Origin: an uncultured Acidobacteriota bacterium
GTDB taxonomy: Bacteria > Acidobacteriota > Vicinamibacteria > Vicinamibacterales > UBA2999
Assembly: GCA_963728305.1 (NCBI GenBank)
Contig: CAVSKE010000040.1
Location: 94,005 to 158,004, forward strand
Direction of reading: 5' to 3'
DNA length: 64,000 nucleotides
Shown: positions 60,509 to 64,000 of the stretch, piece after piece
How the letters are laid out: the number at the start of each line of letters is the position of its first letter
Numbering within the stretch: the first letter of the stretch is position 1
Position numbers and translations under genes: made by a program
The notes under the pieces: generated by a model
The model's database searches: none
What the model saw: the letters and a program-made list of their open reading frames with translations, nothing else
Told to the model about the DNA's origin: nothing

Positions 60509-61489
60509 TTACGGACGATAGGCCTGCGGGGCGCCGCGGTATTCGTTCTGCGAGATCACGCCGTCGCGATTGGCATCCTGTCGATCGAAGCTGGTATGTG
60601 ACCATGGCCACTCGTCCAGCCGGATGCGCCCGTCGCCATTCATGTCGACGCGGGTGAAGTTCGTGGTACGAGTCATACTGTCGAACTCGCCCCTGGCCAA
60701 TCGACGGTCATCGTTGGCATCCAGACGATCGAAGGCGTACTGGCCGCCGTCCCACTCGTTAGGGTCGATGAATCCGTTGCCATTGATGTCGAGGTAGTCG
60801 AAGCGATCGTCGCTGGCGACCTCATCGTCCTGTGCGTTGCGATTGCCGCGGCGTTGCGCAGCCACGCTGACTTCCTCACCGGAGAGCCTGCCGTCGTTGT
60901 TCCAGTCGTAGGTGTTGAAGGTGCGCGCGTTGCCCCGCCACTCAGTGCGCGCAATGGCACCGTCGCTATTGATGTCCATCCGCCGGAAACGCATGCTGCT
61001 GCCATTGCCAGGCAGACTGCTGCTCTGCTGACTTGGCTGCTCGCCCGGTGCGCAGAAGCGGACGCTCGAGCCCGGCACCGTCCAATCACCGAACTGCTGC
61101 CGGTATTCAGCCGAGTCGACGATCTGGTCGATGAGCGGCGTCACGCCGCGGCGCGACACCAGGTTGACGGCGTTCTTCAGCCCTTCGGCGTCGGGCCCGC
61201 GATTCAGGAGGTGGCGATATATATCGGCCACGAGGGGCTCGCGCGCCTGATTGCCGAAGCGTTGGAGGTGCTCCGGCGATTTCGCGATGCCGCGGACGAT
61301 CTCGCGGACCGTCGTGCGATTGTTCAAGCGCTCCACCCACCCCGCAGCGCCGCTGTCGGCTGACCGCTGGAGCACCTGGCGATACACCTGTTCAATGACC
61401 TGCTGCGCATCCGTCGTGCACGGCTGCTGAGCCCCCGCGACGGACGGGACAACGGTAAGCGCGCCGAAGAATACGGCTACACGCCACAT
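60509..61489 (-). CDS. Secreted protein: phycobilisome-linker/DUF4214-like domain + six EF-hand-like motifs
   Basis: Signal peptide; VYRQVLQR, TVREIVRGIAKSPE, YRHLLNRGPD, IVDSAEYRQQFGDWTVP; six DxNxDxxI/L loops; GGAGG RBS. Confidence 0.8.
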   Translation of the reverse strand: MWRVAVFFGALTVVPSVAGAQQPCTTDAQQVIEQVYRQVLQRSADSGAAGWVERLNNRTTVREIVRGIAKSPEHLQRFGNQAREPLVADIYRHLLNRGPDAEGLKNAVNLVSRRGVTPLIDQIVDSAEYRQQFGDWTVPGSSVRFCAPGEQPSQQSSSLPGNGSSMRFRRMDINSDGAIARTEWRGNARTFNTYDWNNDGRLSGEEVSVAAQRRGNRNAQDDEVASDDRFDYLDINGNGFIDPNEWDGGQYAFDRLDANDDRRLARGEFDSMTRTTNFTRVDMNGDGRIRLDEWPWSHTSFDRQDANRDGVISQNEYRGAPQAYRP

Positions 61490-61562
61490 GACATCCCTCC
61501 TCGAGTTCTCATTCCACGCACGCACGTGTGCATGGAGCGCCTGCACGTCCAAATGAGAGTGG

Positions 61563-61578
61563 TGCAAGTGCGGTACCC
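61563..61578 (-). promoter_or_regulatory. Sigma54-like promoter motif
   Basis: GGGTAC-CGCAC-TTGCA (GG-N10-GC) upstream of the EF-hand gene. Confidence 0.5.
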
Positions 61579-61707
61579 TCGGCCGTAGGGTCCGCAGTGG
61601 GCTGCTCGAATGCTGTTTTATCCGGCTGCGGCACACAAAATGTGTCGATCAGGCTTGCAGCCGCAGTTCGCTGTTGCTACTCTCGCGTAGCCCCTCGCCC
61701 TAGAAAC

Positions 61708-62688
61708 ATGACTTCAACGTTTGGAGAGCGCCTTCGAACACAGCGCGAACAGCGGCAGATTTCGCTCGCGGCTGTCTCGGAGCAGACCAAGATCAAGCTG
61801 TCGCTCCTCGAAGCACTCGAGCGCGACGACCTCTCTCACTGGCCACTCGGACTGTTCGGCCGGTCCTATATCCGCTCCTACGCACAGGCGATCGGACTCG
61901 ACCCCACTGCCACGCTCCGCGAATTCCTGGAGCATCAGCCCGGGTCCGCCGAATCGGTCGCCATGTCGGAGGTGCAAGCAGTCGCCCCGGACAAGGCCAG
62001 CCGCCGTCCGCCGACGCGGCTCGAAGTCCTCATTGACTCGGCGATCGGCGCCTTCCACGCGCGGCGTTCGGAGGCCGCGCACCGAGCCGCCGCTACACCG
62101 GCAGCGCCGCCACCGCCGCTCGAACCGCCGCCAGCGATTGCCTACTCGGAGTCAGTGAGACCGCGTCAACGCTCGCAATCCTTCCCGACCCCACCCGCGC
62201 ACCTGCCGCTGCCGCAGCCGGAAAGCATCGACCTGGCGACAGTGGCGCACCTGTGCACCCGGCTCGGATGCGCGCAGGAAGCCGAAGAGGTCACGGCGGT
62301 GCTCGAGGAAGCGGCGCTGATTCTCGATCTCACCGGGCTGATTCTGTGGGCTCCCGACGCCCACGGCGTCGTGCTGACGCCGGTGTTCACCCAGGGCTAT
62401 CCCGACGAGGTGATCGCTCAGTTGGCCAGAGTGACGACCGACGCTGACAACGCGAGCGCCGAAGCCTTCCGCACCGGCAGGATGTGCATTGTCAGCGGCA
62501 ACGAGCTCAGTACCGGGGCGATCGTCGCGCCGATGCTGACGCCGATGGGCTGTGCGGGCGTGCTCGCCGTTGAAGTCAGAAATGGGGCTGAACAACGCGA
62601 AGACCTGCGCGCCGCTCTGACGATCCTCGCGGCACAGGTCTCGACTCTGATGGGGTTCTCTGTCCTCGCTCACACGATGAGCGCGTAG
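61708..62688 (+). CDS. RodZ-type HTH + GAF-like domain protein, no TM
   Basis: FGERLRTQREQRQISL...TKIKLSLLEALERDD...SYIRSYAQAIGLD; Pro linker; GAF-like APMLTPMGCAGVLAVE; upstream TTGCAG-N17-TACTCT. Confidence 0.8.
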   Translation: MTSTFGERLRTQREQRQISLAAVSEQTKIKLSLLEALERDDLSHWPLGLFGRSYIRSYAQAIGLDPTATLREFLEHQPGSAESVAMSEVQAVAPDKASRRPPTRLEVLIDSAIGAFHARRSEAAHRAAATPAAPPPPLEPPPAIAYSESVRPRQRSQSFPTPPAHLPLPQPESIDLATVAHLCTRLGCAQEAEEVTAVLEEAALILDLTGLILWAPDAHGVVLTPVFTQGYPDEVIAQLARVTTDADNASAEAFRTGRMCIVSGNELSTGAIVAPMLTPMGCAGVLAVEVRNGAEQREDLRAALTILAAQVSTLMGFSVLAHTMSA

Positions 62689-62710
62689 GGCGACGCATGC
62701 GTCGGCCTAC
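62685..62710. repeat. GTAG...CTAC palindromic REP-like element spanning two convergent stop codons
   Basis: GTAGGGCGACGCATGCGTCGGCCTAC. Confidence 0.65.
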
Positions 62711-63498
62711 TCCTTCTGAGCGCGGCTCTCTCTGAGATAGTGCGGGCTGTACGACAGCCCGTACGAGGTCTTCTGTGTCGCTTCGGCCTTGTGCTTGTTG
62801 AAGTCCGTTCTCGACGCTTCGATCGCCTGGATCTCTGCGTCGCTGCACGGGCGCATCGTGATCGGCTCGCGCGGCACGAAGAACACCTGTCCGATCGGAA
62901 TGCTGTGCTCGACAGTAATCCCCTCGCCGGCCTGCAGCACGTAGCGGAACTCAGTCTCGTGCGCATACCAGTCCGTTTCGACGCGAATTGCCAGCATCGG
63001 CGCAACCGGCCGCTCGATCATGTTGAGGATCGGCGAGTAGACCGTGTCCCAGCCGGACGGCGTCTGGAAGTTGGTCGCACCGCGCAGCGCCACCGCGCCG
63101 GCCGGCGTACCCATGTCCTCGGGTACGAGAAACGCACGGGTGACCGCCAGTGCGGCTTCGCGTGAGAGCATCGGCGCGCCGACGAAGGTCACTTCTTCCT
63201 TCATCATCCCGATTCCGCCAACCGACAGGGCCATCGTCACCTGGAAGATCGGCGTGCGCTTGCCGTCCGACGTGAGCAGGTAGTAGATGAAACGATAACG
63301 GCCGTCACCCTCGAACTCGACGAACAGCGATTCCTTGGGCTCCAGCGGGGCGTACACCATGAACCCGAGCATGCTGCCGGCTTCGAGCACCGGACAATGG
63401 CGCGCGTGCTGCGGCAGCAGCGGCCGCGATGATTCGCGTTTCGGCGGCAGACCCGTGCCAGGTCGCCTGGTGTTCGGAAAGGTACGGACTTCCATCAC
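62707..63498 (-). CDS. Hypothetical protein (possibly DUF6065/dUTPase-like fold)
   Basis: Coding-like codon usage; ARHCPV...GF, RVETDWY, PIGQVFFVPRE resemble DUF6065-type motifs. Confidence 0.55.
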   Translation of the reverse strand: MMEVRTFPNTRRPGTGLPPKRESSRPLLPQHARHCPVLEAGSMLGFMVYAPLEPKESLFVEFEGDGRYRFIYYLLTSDGKRTPIFQVTMALSVGGIGMMKEEVTFVGAPMLSREAALAVTRAFLVPEDMGTPAGAVALRGATNFQTPSGWDTVYSPILNMIERPVAPMLAIRVETDWYAHETEFRYVLQAGEGITVEHSIPIGQVFFVPREPITMRPCSDAEIQAIEASRTDFNKHKAEATQKTSYGLSYSPHYLRESRAQKE

Positions 63499-63607
63499 CG
63501 TATCGTAGTCGCAGTTCCCTCCACTACGCCCCTTGCCGCATCGGCCGGAGCAATGAAGAGGGGTCGGCGAATGCCACGGACACCACCTGCTGGCTGATGC
63601 CGCTGGC

Positions 63608-64000
63608 CTACTGGCCGCCGGTCGCTCGCGCCGGCGTCGACGAGCCTGCCACGTAACCCGTTCGAGTGCGAACTTTCACGTCCCTGTCACCGGATTCGAC
63701 CATCACGCGCACGTGCTTGACCTTGCCGCTCGACGTATCGCCTGGTTCGTAGGCGACGGTATAGCGGCTGCGAATATCGGCGGCAATCGCCCGGAAGGCC
63801 TTCCCGATGACCTCTCTCGGGTTCGGTTCGAACGCCAGGCCTCCGGTCACCTTCGCGAGACGGCGTAGCGCGCGGGGATTGTCGCCGAGGGAAATCGGAT
63901 CGATCAACGCGATCGTGTAGATCACCACGTTGGATGCTTGGACTTTCTCCAGTAGCTCGTCGAAGGACATCCTGCTCGCGTTATCGCCACCGTCGCTCAG
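63608..64000 (-). CDS. VWA-domain protein, acidobacterial type (partial, 5' end outside window)
   Basis: LSDGGDNAS, VVIYTI, LAKVTGG, RYTVAYEP, VRTRTGY. Confidence 0.85.
   Translation of the reverse strand: MSDGGDNASRMSFDELLEKVQASNVVIYTIALIDPISLGDNPRALRRLAKVTGGLAFEPNPREVIGKAFRAIAADIRSRYTVAYEPGDTSSGKVKHVRVMVESGDRDVKVRTRTGYVAGSSTPARATGGQ

Noticed and set aside
60509-61489. Evidence of phototrophy
   Set aside because: No phycobiliprotein, bilin lyase or photosystem genes in the window, and the protein has a signal peptide

Overview
High-GC bacterial chromosomal segment. Gene content (acidobacterial-type VWA protein, Oar-like TonB receptor, DUF1592/DUF1552 pair, short PheT) suggests Acidobacteriota, probably Vicinamibacteria; this is an inference. 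About 1-26 kb is mostly housekeeping: sulfatase, surE, rpoZ, hsp20-dnaK-hsp20, ymdB-xseAB-ispA-tlyA-nadK, mltG-ruvX, envC-like/ctpA-like, HU, tRNA-Val(GAC), thrS-infC-rpmI-rplT-pheST-zapB-zapA-6S RNA-thiL. About 26-64 kb is envelope, signalling and accessory: hybrid kinases, heterodimeric ABC exporter, Slt, TonB receptor, a sigma54 activator cluster, and a cytochrome c/ankyrin/DUF1592/DUF1552 cluster. Many genes, including essential ones, carry 1-2 bp frameshifts that look like sequencing or assembly indels. Best leads: (1) a sigma54 phosphorelay cluster (hybrid kinase, ChpT-like pseudokinase, GAFTGA activator, single receiver) with 5-6 sigma54 promoter motifs in front of general-stress-type genes and a candidate sRNA; (2) a secreted phycobilisome-linker-like domain fused to six EF-hands; (3) intergenic hairpins built from 7- or 9-bp tandem repeats; (4) REP elements in signal-peptide coding regions; (5) a catalytically dead CtpA next to dead EnvC; (6) RodZ domains split over two novel architectures. 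No CRISPR array, integrase, transposase or prophage seen. All family calls come from motif recognition by eye, not database searches.
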